Translations under genes and position numbers: made by a program | Assembly (NCBI GenBank): GCA_963785235.1 | Contig: CAWAUM010000007.1 | Location: 64,001 to 128,000 of the forward strand | Source: an uncultured delta proteobacterium | Lineage (GTDB): Bacteria > Desulfobacterota > Desulfomonilia > UBA1062 | Direction: 5' to 3' | Length of the DNA: 64,000 nucleotides | Shown here: positions 42,753 to 51,597 of the stretch, piece by piece | Numbering within the stretch: position 1 is the stretch's first letter | How the letters are laid out: each line of letters begins with the position of its first letter | Notes under the pieces: model-generated | What the model was told of the DNA's origin: nothing | What the model saw: only the letters and a program-made list of their open reading frames with translations | Databases searched by the model: none

Positions 42753-45185
42753 ATGGAAAAGGCAAAGGATGCAAAGAAGATTTCCACAGGCCGCGTCAAG
42801 GCCGACAAAGACCGGATCGACCGGCTGAAAGAACAACTCAGGAGCACCCCTGCCGAGGTTGATTTTGAGCGGATCAGGATCATGGAGGAGGTTTACGCGG
42901 CCACTCAGGGCGACCAGAATATCATGCGTCGAGCCAAGTTCTATGCCACCCTGCTGGAGCGGAAGAAGATCTACATCGACGACAACTGCTTTGTGGGCAG
43001 CATGGCCGGCACCGTCAACGGCATCTACACGTATCCGGAATGGAACATCGATTGGATGAAGGACGATAATACCGTCGAGAAGTGCAAGGATCCGGTGGAC
43101 AAGAAGGCGAACCAGTGGGCACTCGACTACTGGGACAAGCGCGCCCTGAAACCCCGCACCCTGGAGATCTTCGAGAAGAAGTATGGTTTCGATCCGAAAC
43201 CCTGCTATGAGTCCGGCTTTGTCGTCAGTTTCTTTGACTGGCCGGGTGGTGGCGGCAATCTGAACTACCCCCGGATTTACAACCATGGGCTGGCCGCCAT
43301 GATCAAGGAGGTCGAGGAGCGGCAGGCGGCCCTCGACATGCGGCTGCCCAATGCCAGCAAGCTCTACTTCTATGAAGCCAGCCTCATCGTCATGAGGGCC
43401 ATTGTGCGCCTGGCTCATCGCTATGCCGAGCTGGCCCGGGAAATGGCGAAAAAGGAAAAGAATGAAACCCGCAAGGCAGAGCTGATTGCCATCGCCGAAA
43501 CCATGGAACGAGTTCCCGAGCATCCGGCCCGGAACCTGAGAGAGGCCATCCAATGCCACTTCTTCTGTCACATTTGTGCGGAGCTCGAGCAGGTTGGCTG
43601 CGGTTACTCCGAGGCCTATCTGGGCCAGAACCTTGAGCCCTACTATCAACGCGACAAAGCGGCGGGTCTGGTCGATTACGAACAAGCGACGTTCATGTTC
43701 CAGAATCTCGTGATCAAGCTGAACGAGATCGGCTATTACTTTGGAGAGAAGGTCGCCCTGCAGAACTCGGCCGACCTCGGGCAGAGCGTCTCCCTGGGAG
43801 GCTTTACCGAGGATGGGGAGGATGCCACCGCGGAAATGGACTATGTGGTTCTGGATGCATGCAACTATCTCCACCTGCCGCAGCCTCCGCTGACTTGCGT
43901 CTACACGGAGAGGATGAGCGGCAAATTCCTCGAGAAGGTCCTGGATGTCATCGGCACCGGTATCGGCATGCCTCAGTTGGTAAACGGCAATGTGATGATC
44001 AAACGGGCACTCAATCTATTCGGTGACTCCAAAAAGGGCATCACCCTCGAAAAAGCCAGGCGCACCTGCATCGGCGCATGTGTGGGTTCTTACCCCCCCT
44101 ACGAGACCGGTCACCCGGTGGAAGGCCAGCCCAACCTGGGCAAGGTCATCGAGCTGGTGATGAACAATGGCTTCGATCCTCGCACCAAGAAGCAGGTCGG
44201 ACCCAAGACCGGTGATCCCGAGACCTTCAAAACCTTCGAAGAACTCTACGCGGCATTCCAAAAGCAGATCGATTTCAATGAAGAGGTCCTCCGCCGGGGT
44301 GCCTGGATCGCCAGCATGTTGTGCGCCGACTTCCTCCCGGTTCCTTGGCGCTCGCTCCTGACCGGGGGCTGCATTGAAACGGGCACCGAGGTGTGGAACG
44401 GCGGGGCCAATTACTACACCGTTGCCCAGATTGTGGTGGGGGGCATCGACGCGGCCAACTGTCTCATGGCGGTGAAGAAACTGGTCTACGACGACAAGAA
44501 GATCACCATGGCCGAACTCAAGAAAGCCCTGGCCGCCAACTGGGAGGGGGAATACGAGAAGATTCGGAAGCTGTGTTACGAAGCTCCCAAGCACGGCAAC
44601 GACATCCCTGAAATGAACAGGATGGCGTACAGGGTGTACGAAAGCATCTTCAAGGCTTTCAACAATGTTGACGGCGGCGGCAACTACCTCAGCAAAGACA
44701 TCAAATCAGCGCCGGATGCCTATACCAAGAGCATCCACAACCTGATGGGTATGGTGACCGGGGCTCTGCCCAACGGCAAGAGAGCCGGAGTGGCACTCAC
44801 CGATGGAAGTCTGTCGGCCATGCCGGGAACCGATGTCAGCGGTCCTACCGCGTTGGTGATGTCTGCGGCGAAGGCTCAGGATGCCATCAAGTACACCGCA
44901 ACCCACATGAACATGAAACTCCCGCCTGATCAGCTGAAGACACGCAAGGGCCGGGATAATGTGCTGCGTCTGGTCAAAACCCTGTTTGATAACGATGGCT
45001 ATCACATCCAGTTCAACGTCCTGGATACCAACATCCTCAGGGATGCGCAGAAGCACCCGGAAAACTACCGTGACCTCGTGGTCCGGGTAGCCGGTTTCAG
45101 TGCCTTCTTCACCGCACTGGCTAAGGGCGTACAGGACGAGGTCATTGAGCGCACTTTGCAGTCGTTTGACGGTCAGATGTGCTGA
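42753..45185 (+). CDS. glycyl radical enzyme (PFL-like family), substrate unknown
   Basis: C-terminal HIQFNV...AQKHPENYRDLVVRVAGFS (Gly781); Cys loop CIGACVG (Cys443); APKHGND; GALPNGK; activase nearby. Confidence 0.95.
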   Translation: MEKAKDAKKISTGRVKADKDRIDRLKEQLRSTPAEVDFERIRIMEEVYAATQGDQNIMRRAKFYATLLERKKIYIDDNCFVGSMAGTVNGIYTYPEWNIDWMKDDNTVEKCKDPVDKKANQWALDYWDKRALKPRTLEIFEKKYGFDPKPCYESGFVVSFFDWPGGGGNLNYPRIYNHGLAAMIKEVEERQAALDMRLPNASKLYFYEASLIVMRAIVRLAHRYAELAREMAKKEKNETRKAELIAIAETMERVPEHPARNLREAIQCHFFCHICAELEQVGCGYSEAYLGQNLEPYYQRDKAAGLVDYEQATFMFQNLVIKLNEIGYYFGEKVALQNSADLGQSVSLGGFTEDGEDATAEMDYVVLDACNYLHLPQPPLTCVYTERMSGKFLEKVLDVIGTGIGMPQLVNGNVMIKRALNLFGDSKKGITLEKARRTCIGACVGSYPPYETGHPVEGQPNLGKVIELVMNNGFDPRTKKQVGPKTGDPETFKTFEELYAAFQKQIDFNEEVLRRGAWIASMLCADFLPVPWRSLLTGGCIETGTEVWNGGANYYTVAQIVVGGIDAANCLMAVKKLVYDDKKITMAELKKALAANWEGEYEKIRKLCYEAPKHGNDIPEMNRMAYRVYESIFKAFNNVDGGGNYLSKDIKSAPDAYTKSIHNLMGMVTGALPNGKRAGVALTDGSLSAMPGTDVSGPTALVMSAAKAQDAIKYTATHMNMKLPPDQLKTRKGRDNVLRLVKTLFDNDGYHIQFNVLDTNILRDAQKHPENYRDLVVRVAGFSAFFTALAKGVQDEVIERTLQSFDGQMC

Positions 45186-45197
45186 GATTCAAGTCAA

Positions 45198-45232
45198 CCG
45201 GCACGACGTGGCATAGCGCCACGCCGTGCCGG
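45198..45232 (+). other. intergenic stem-loop after the GRE gene (mRNA stabiliser/attenuator)
   Basis: CCGGCACGACGTGGC-ATAGC-GCCACGCCGTGCCGG, 15-bp stem with one mismatch, no U-tract. Confidence 0.65.
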
Positions 45233-45314
45233 AAGTTCCAAGATGAGTACCAAGGCTCTGCAGGGCGCGAGGCTATTGATGCCTATACAGGAAAATTCAC
45301 ACAGGAGGATTATT

Positions 45315-46490
45315 ATGAGTAAAGAAATAGGTCATGCCAGTTTTCAACGACGCATTGCCATCAATGTGGGTGCCGGCTACGTGCCCGGTATAAATGCTGT
45401 GATAATGGGCGCAAGCCTTGCTGCGAACAAACTGGGATGGGAGATAGTCGGCATCATGGACGGGTTTGAGGGGCTGTTGCACCGGCCTAGCTACCCCAAC
45501 GGCGGGCTGGTGTCACTCAGCCCGCAAATGATTGAGAACCTGGATCCGTCTGCCGGGGGAATCCTGGGCCAAGCGTTGCGGATCGATCCGTTTCATGTCC
45601 GTCGCGTAAATGAAGACGACATGGTAGAAGAAGTCGACGTATCCGATGAACTGATTAGAATACTTCAGGACGAGCAGATCGACGCATTGATTTCAGTTGT
45701 TGGGGGTCAAGGATTAAGTATTCTTTATAAGCTCCATCGTAAAGGGCTCAATACGGTTTGCATCCCCAGATCGATTGAGAACGACATCGCTGCCACAGCG
45801 GTCTCCTTCGGGTTCAACAGCGCCCTGAGTTTTACTATCGAAATGCTGGATCGGGCTCTTCAGGCGGCCCGGGCAGCCCGCAAAATCGCGGTAGTGGAGG
45901 TCTTGGGAGAACAGGCCGGTTGGATTGCATTACAGGCCGGCATTGCAGTTTGTGCCGATGTAGTGCTGATTCCCGAAGTTCCCTGCGATCTGAATGCGGT
46001 TGCATCCAGATTGAAAGAAAAGATGCGATTCAGAAATCATTACGGACTTGTGGTGGTGGCCGAAGGGGCGAAGTTTGTCGATAATACGCAAAGCCAGGCG
46101 GATCCCTCCTCCCTGAAAGCTACTCTCTCGCCGCTGGCAACGGGTGAGGCAAGTGAACATGTCATTTCGCAATCAGGCCAGGCCGCCGCGACAGTGGCAA
46201 CCAGGTTGCAGTTACTGATCGCCGAGGAAATCTATCCGCTGGTAATTGGTCCCTGGGTCAGGGGTGGTACCCCCACTGCTGTCGACCGGCAACTGGGGAT
46301 GGCCTACGGCGCCGGAGCCATTCAGGCGCTGAAAGCCGGGAAAAACGGCGCAATGGTTGCTTTTAATCCACCAGCCATCGAATTTCTGCCTTTGGCAGAA
46401 GCGATCAATAAAGTCAGAACGGTGCCCACAGACAGCCTGTTCGTGAAAATCGCCCAATCGCTCGGCATCTTTCTAGGGAGGGAATTATGA
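45315..46490 (+). CDS. 6-phosphofructokinase-fold protein with non-canonical catalytic motifs
   Basis: [74 protein letters not shown]; RBS AGGAGG. Confidence 0.85.
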   Translation: MSKEIGHASFQRRIAINVGAGYVPGINAVIMGASLAANKLGWEIVGIMDGFEGLLHRPSYPNGGLVSLSPQMIENLDPSAGGILGQALRIDPFHVRRVNEDDMVEEVDVSDELIRILQDEQIDALISVVGGQGLSILYKLHRKGLNTVCIPRSIENDIAATAVSFGFNSALSFTIEMLDRALQAARAARKIAVVEVLGEQAGWIALQAGIAVCADVVLIPEVPCDLNAVASRLKEKMRFRNHYGLVVVAEGAKFVDNTQSQADPSSLKATLSPLATGEASEHVISQSGQAAATVATRLQLLIAEEIYPLVIGPWVRGGTPTAVDRQLGMAYGAGAIQALKAGKNGAMVAFNPPAIEFLPLAEAINKVRTVPTDSLFVKIAQSLGIFLGREL

Positions 46491-47450
46491 AAAAACAAAA
46501 CATCAACCCCTCCGATATAACAGGCACAGTGCTGAATATCCAACGATATTGCAGCCACGACGGTCCGGGCATCCGGACAACGGTTTTTCTCAAGGGCTGC
46601 TCTTTGCGCTGCAAATGGTGCGGCAATCCCGAAAGCATTAGCCTGAAGCCGGAAATGTCCTACGACTCCAGGAAGTGCACCGGCAAGAAGTGCGGCCTCT
46701 GCCTGAAGCCGCCGTTTCCTGAAGGCGCCTTCTATTTTGTGGAGGGGGATGATGACCAAAGTAAAAGTCAACTGGCACCTGGCCATGGACATAAATAACG
46801 AACTGGTTTCGCTCTGCCCGACCGGTGCGCTCGAAATGTTCGGCAAACGGATGACCGTCAACGAGGTGCTCGACGAGGTGGAGAAGGATGCCTCCATCTA
46901 CCGCAGTACCGGTGGCGGCATGACGATAAGCGGCGGTGAAGTCATGCTGCAACCCGACTTTGCGGCAGCTTTGCTGCAGGAAGCACACAATCGCGGCCTC
47001 AATACGGCTATAGAAACAGCCTGCAATGCGCCATGGTCCTTCCTTGAAAAAGTACTTCCCCACGTGGATACGATGCTTCACGACAACAAACTGATGAATT
47101 CGGAACGGCACAAAAAGTGGACCGGCGTAGGCAATGAAAGAATTCTGGCGAACTTCAAAAAAGCCTACGAAACGTTCCCCCATGTGGAGTTTATTACCCG
47201 CACACCGCTGATTCCCGGCGTAAACGCCGATGAAGAGCACGTCCGGGCCGTGCTGGCATTCATCAAGCCATATAAAAACGTGATCGACTATGAGCTCTTG
47301 CCCTATCACCGCTTTGGTCTGGGCAAGTATGAACTGTTGGGAGAGGTGTATGAACTGGATGATTACAAAACGCCGTCTGCCGACCTGGTCGCGCACCTGC
47401 AGGCCATCATCGACGAAGCCTTTGGCCGCAGCGGGCCGCAAACAAAATAG
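46487..47450 (+). CDS. glycyl-radical enzyme activase (radical SAM); split by one apparent indel near 46755
   Basis: [27 protein letters not shown]; [37 protein letters not shown]. Confidence 0.93.
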
Positions 47451-47463
47451 AAAGGAAACAATC

Positions 47464-48720
47464 ATGGCCAGACAGAAAGAGAAAAAAAGCATGAAAACTG
47501 AAGGCCGCCAAACACCTCCGAAGAAGCCGGGAGCCGGGAACGGTTCGGGCCGGACAGATGACATTTACGAGCGCCTGGCGGACGCGCTGGACGCGCTTCC
47601 GAGTGGCTTTCCCAGGACGAAATCCGGGGTGGAAATGAAACTGATCAAGATGGCGTTTACGCCCGAGGAGGTAGCCCTTGCCGGTCAGTTGACCCGCTTT
47701 CCCGAGACCGCTGCCGAGATCGCCAAACGGGTCGGCATGGATGAGGCTGACGTAACCGTGTTGTGCGAGAGCTTGATCCCCAGGCGCCTGGTACGTCTCG
47801 ACTCGCCCGGGTATGACATGGCCGGTCAAGATCAGGGTGATGGGGCGAAGAAGTACCGGCTGGGCATGTTCCTGGTTGGCTGGTATGAAGCCAATATGCG
47901 GCTGCTGGGTAAGGAATTTGCCGAGCTCTTCGAGCAATATGTTATTGAAGGCGGCGGTGAAAGAATACTTGCTCCTCGGCCTGGGGTTCTTGGTGTTGTT
48001 CCCGTTCGGGGGTCACTATCGCCAGAACAGATCAAAGTGATGGAACCCCATCTTGATATCGACGCGCATTTCAAACGGCACGAACGATTTGTTGTGTTTG
48101 GCTGCGTATGTAAAAGGGAGCAGGAATTATTGCATGGCCACAGCTGCGATATGCCGATGAAACGCTGCGGTTTTGTAGGCGTCCCACCCCAGACGCCACT
48201 TTCGGAAAACGTGCTTGACCGGGAAGAGGCGGACAAGCTTCTTCGTGAACTGGAGGACATGGGACACGTTCACCTCGCGGCCTATGGATACGTCATGGGC
48301 GCGGAGACTCCTCAGTTTGTCGGAGGGTGTAACTGCTGCGGCTGTTGTTGCGGGGTCCTTCACAGCCAGAAACTCTCCGGCATTTCGGAAGCGGCACAGC
48401 GTTCGAACTACCGCGCCGTCATTGATTCGGAAAAATGCATTTCCTGCGGTCTGTGCATCAAGCGTTGCCCGGTGGACGCCATCTTCGAGGGCCCGAAGCG
48501 CTTGCCCACAGGGCCTCTCTGTGCGGCCGTGGAATTGGAGCCCGGCAAGTCCGAGGTGGACCGGGCCAAGTGCATCGGCTGCGGCGTGTGCGTGATCAAA
48601 TGCCCGACGAATGCGATCGAACTTGTGCCGGTATCGAAAGAAGAATGGTTCCATACTCCTGCCAGCATGGCGGAATGGGAAGAGATGCGCCTTGCGTTTC
48701 TGGCAGCGGAAAAGAAGTAA
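47464..48720 (+). CDS. Cys-rich 4Fe-4S protein (N-terminal winged-helix-like region, CNCCGCCC motif, 2x[4Fe-4S] C-terminus)
   Basis: IYERLADALDALPSGFP, CVCK, GCNCCGCCCGVL, CISCGLCIKRCP, CIGCGVCVIKCP. Confidence 0.85.
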   Translation: MARQKEKKSMKTEGRQTPPKKPGAGNGSGRTDDIYERLADALDALPSGFPRTKSGVEMKLIKMAFTPEEVALAGQLTRFPETAAEIAKRVGMDEADVTVLCESLIPRRLVRLDSPGYDMAGQDQGDGAKKYRLGMFLVGWYEANMRLLGKEFAELFEQYVIEGGGERILAPRPGVLGVVPVRGSLSPEQIKVMEPHLDIDAHFKRHERFVVFGCVCKREQELLHGHSCDMPMKRCGFVGVPPQTPLSENVLDREEADKLLRELEDMGHVHLAAYGYVMGAETPQFVGGCNCCGCCCGVLHSQKLSGISEAAQRSNYRAVIDSEKCISCGLCIKRCPVDAIFEGPKRLPTGPLCAAVELEPGKSEVDRAKCIGCGVCVIKCPTNAIELVPVSKEEWFHTPASMAEWEEMRLAFLAAEKK

Positions 48721-48787
48721 AGCCTGGGCAAACAGGCGGGATGGAAGAACGGCTTCGTTTCGCGAAGGGAATAGGAGGAGAAGCAAG

Positions 48788-50089
48788 ATGAACACAACCG
48801 ACTTGATTACGGCGGAAGTACTGGCCGGGCGGCTCAAGATGGCCGCCGAAGGCATCAAGCAGAAGCCCGGCTTAATGAAGTCCGCCATAGGCTATATGGA
48901 ACTGGTTTATAAGTACGTGGAGCGGATCGTGACGGCCAAAGAAAAGGGCAAATATGTGGTTACCCATGGCACCCAGCAGCCCCTCGAAATTTACGAAGCT
49001 ATGGACATCGTGTGCCTCTTCAACGAGTTCTGGGGTGTCATCTCGGATGTCGTGAACACGGATTCCGTCCCCGCGGCCATGAATATTTCGGCTTCGACCG
49101 GCACACCGCAGGAGGTCTGCTCCTTCTTCCGGAACATGGACGGCCTGCTGCATGCCGGGAAGTGGCCGCATACGGACATGTTTGTCTACGCCACCTCCTC
49201 GTGCGATAACGTTAAGGCGTTCCACACGCTGGGCCGGCGATACGGCATCCCCAGTTTCGGCATGGAGCGGCCCTATTACCCGTTCACACCCCATGCGATG
49301 GAACACTGGAAGAACGAGCACAAGCGTTTGATCGCCTTCCTGGAAGAGCAGACGGGGAAGAGGATGGACTATGACCGTCTCAATGAGACGTTACGCCTCT
49401 CTTACCGTCTTACCGAGATCGCCTGCGAGATCGACAAGCTGGTAGCCCATGTCCCAACTCCCATGTCCCCCGAATGCTTTGGGGGAGTACTGCTGGCGAT
49501 CCGCCTGATGTGCGGGACCCAGGAGGCTGTGGACTACCTGGAATCGCTGAAGGCGGAACTCGAGGAACGGGTGTCCAAGGGCATCGCCGCCGTCGAGCCG
49601 GAACGCTTCCGGGTGATGTGGAGCAGTTTCACCCCGTTCTGGGACCCGGGAATCATGGCCTTCATGCAGGAGAAGTACGGAGCGGTCTCGGTGTGCGAGG
49701 TGCTGCAGCGCTGGCGCGGGGAGGCGAACTGGATGCTGGATCCGGATGATCCGTTGGGCAACCTCGCTTACAAAACTCAGGTCGCACCCGGAAACTGTCA
49801 ATACTCGCCCTCCTTAGATTGGGCCGGGGAAGTCGTCGCGCAGGCCCGCAAATACAAGCCGGACGTGGCGATCTTCAACAACAACCGGGGCTGCAAGCAG
49901 GCTGCGGGCTTGGAACCAATCATCAGGGACGAGCTGCTGCGTCAATGCGGCGTGCCGACCCTCACGCTTGCCGTGGATGTGATTGATGCAACTTTTACCA
50001 GCCGGGCAGAGGTCGAAAGGCAGTTGGACGGCTTTTTTGAAATGATCGAGGGAAGCGAAGCTTACCAGGAAAGGAGGGCAAACGCATGA
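48788..50089 (+). CDS. 2-hydroxyacyl-CoA dehydratase / benzoyl-CoA reductase catalytic subunit (HgdA/FldB/BcrB-like)
   Basis: QEVCSF, TSSCD, IAFLEEQTGKRMDYDRL, ELEERV..G, DDPL..LA, NRGCK, GVPTL....D.ID; RBS AGGAGG. Confidence 0.85.
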   Translation: MNTTDLITAEVLAGRLKMAAEGIKQKPGLMKSAIGYMELVYKYVERIVTAKEKGKYVVTHGTQQPLEIYEAMDIVCLFNEFWGVISDVVNTDSVPAAMNISASTGTPQEVCSFFRNMDGLLHAGKWPHTDMFVYATSSCDNVKAFHTLGRRYGIPSFGMERPYYPFTPHAMEHWKNEHKRLIAFLEEQTGKRMDYDRLNETLRLSYRLTEIACEIDKLVAHVPTPMSPECFGGVLLAIRLMCGTQEAVDYLESLKAELEERVSKGIAAVEPERFRVMWSSFTPFWDPGIMAFMQEKYGAVSVCEVLQRWRGEANWMLDPDDPLGNLAYKTQVAPGNCQYSPSLDWAGEVVAQARKYKPDVAIFNNNRGCKQAAGLEPIIRDELLRQCGVPTLTLAVDVIDATFTSRAEVERQLDGFFEMIEGSEAYQERRANA

Positions 50090-51231
50090 ACCCCCAACTG
50101 CAAGTTCTGAACGAAATGCGGAAAGCGACCTCTCCATTCCCGGAGAGCGTAACCGTCAAGGACTGGAAAGCCTCTGGCCGAAAGGTGATCGGCTGTGTCA
50201 ACCCCTACGTCCCGGAGGAGATCATCCACGCGGCCGGGATGCTTCCATTCAAGATCACCGGTGACAACGAGCCGGTCGAGATGCAGGGGGCCGAGGCCTA
50301 CATCCTCTCCAATACCTGCTCCTACATTCGCACCTGCTGGCAGCTGCAGCTCGACGGCAAGTACGGTTTCCTGGACGGCCTGGTCTTCTCCAACATGTGC
50401 GACCAGGATAAGCGGCTGTACAGCGTGTGGGAGTACTATAAGAAGCTTCCCTACATGGACATCCTCTACGCGCCGCGCAAGCGCGACGAGGAGGCTGTCA
50501 AGCTGTACCTGGCCGATCTCGAGGACTTCAGGGACAGGTTCTCGCTGTACCGGCTGAGCAGGATCACCGACCGGGACGTCGCGGACGCCATCCGCGTCTA
50601 CAACCGGGGACGTGAGCTCATGCATCGTCTCTACGAACTGCGCAAGCGTGATCGCCCACCTGTGACAGGTGCCGAGGCCCTGGAAGTAAGCAAGGCTGCC
50701 GCACGCCTGCCGCGTGAGCGTTTCAACGAGCTGATGGAGCAACTGCTTGACGAGATCCAGCGCACCGGGCGCGAGATCAAGAAGGCCAGGCGCCTGATGG
50801 TCATCGGCAACGATATTCACAACACCAACCAGGTCGCCGCGTTCGAGGAAATGGACGCGCTGGTCGTCGTGGACGAGATGAATTGCGGCATCCGGCAAGC
50901 CCTGGGCCAGGTGGACACCAAGATGCCGCCGATGGAGGCTCTGGCCCGCTACTACGTGATGGGCCGTCCGGTCGACATGCACAACTGGAATTCCGACGGG
51001 CGACTCGCGTTCATTGGCCAGATGGTTGAACAATACAGGGTTGACGGGATTGTGTCCGAGATCGTTCGCTTCTGCACCTACAACGGCTGGGACAAGTTCG
51101 ATCTCAAGAAGCAGATGGAACAGCGCGGCATTCCCATCCTGGATATCGACCTCGAGTACGGCCATCCGGCTGGAGCGCAGGTGAAGACCCGCGCCGAGGC
51201 GTTCATGGAGATGCTGGAAAGCCGAGCCTGA
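50086..51231 (+). CDS. 2-hydroxyacyl-CoA dehydratase / benzoyl-CoA reductase catalytic subunit (HgdB/FldC/BcrC-like)
   Basis: KVIGC...YVPEEIIHAAGMLP, NTCSY, SNMCD, RFC, GIPIL.IDLEY, QVKTRAEAFMEML. Confidence 0.88.
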   Translation: MNPQLQVLNEMRKATSPFPESVTVKDWKASGRKVIGCVNPYVPEEIIHAAGMLPFKITGDNEPVEMQGAEAYILSNTCSYIRTCWQLQLDGKYGFLDGLVFSNMCDQDKRLYSVWEYYKKLPYMDILYAPRKRDEEAVKLYLADLEDFRDRFSLYRLSRITDRDVADAIRVYNRGRELMHRLYELRKRDRPPVTGAEALEVSKAAARLPRERFNELMEQLLDEIQRTGREIKKARRLMVIGNDIHNTNQVAAFEEMDALVVVDEMNCGIRQALGQVDTKMPPMEALARYYVMGRPVDMHNWNSDGRLAFIGQMVEQYRVDGIVSEIVRFCTYNGWDKFDLKKQMEQRGIPILDIDLEYGHPAGAQVKTRAEAFMEMLESRA

Positions 51232-51295
51232 TTTGCAGCAAACACCTCATGACCACGGGTCTGACGAGGCGCAAAAAAGCAGAAGGAGAATTGAA

Positions 51296-51512
51296 ATGGC
51301 AAAGTTAGACGTGAAATTCATTGCCGGAAATGAGGCCCGCCAAGTCAGAAGTGATTCGGGACAAGTGCATCGGCTGCGGGGTCTGCGTGACGGGTTGCCC
51401 AGAGGAGGCGATCGAACTTGTGCCTGTATCGAAAGAAGAATGGTTCCATACTCCCGCCAGCATGGCGGAATGGGAAGAGTTGCGACTGCAGAATATGGCA
51501 TCGAAAAAGTAA
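51296..51512 (+). CDS. small ferredoxin-like paralog of the C-terminus of 47464-48720; probable indel near 51317
   Basis: RBS AAGGAG + ATG at 51296; frame 51321-51512 gives KSEVIRDKCIGCGVCVTGCP..AIELVPVSKEEWFHTPASMAEWEE. Confidence 0.65.
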
Positions 51513-51597
51513 CGAGGTACCCAAAAGCCACGGTTGTGTAATGCCGTTGCTTCGGGAAGGGAAAAGGGGGACCACATACCATGTCAAGGAGAAACAT

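Noticed and set aside
42753-45185. Calling the GRE pyruvate formate-lyase, CutC, HypD, IslA or benzylsuccinate synthase
   Set aside because: The Cys loop lacks CC (PFL), CxE (eliminases) and CMSP (BSS); no microcompartment, bssBC or pta/ack context.
45315-46490. Calling this pfkA, or a sulfoglycolysis locus
   Set aside because: Catalytic and F6P-binding motifs are altered, and no sulfoquinovose isomerase, aldolase or GH31 sulfoquinovosidase is visible.
51232-51597. Possible c-di-GMP-I riboswitch (AAAGCCACGG and CCACGGGTCT fragments)
   Set aside because: The GGCAAA-P2-GAAA tetraloop architecture cannot be built; an Rfam scan would be needed.
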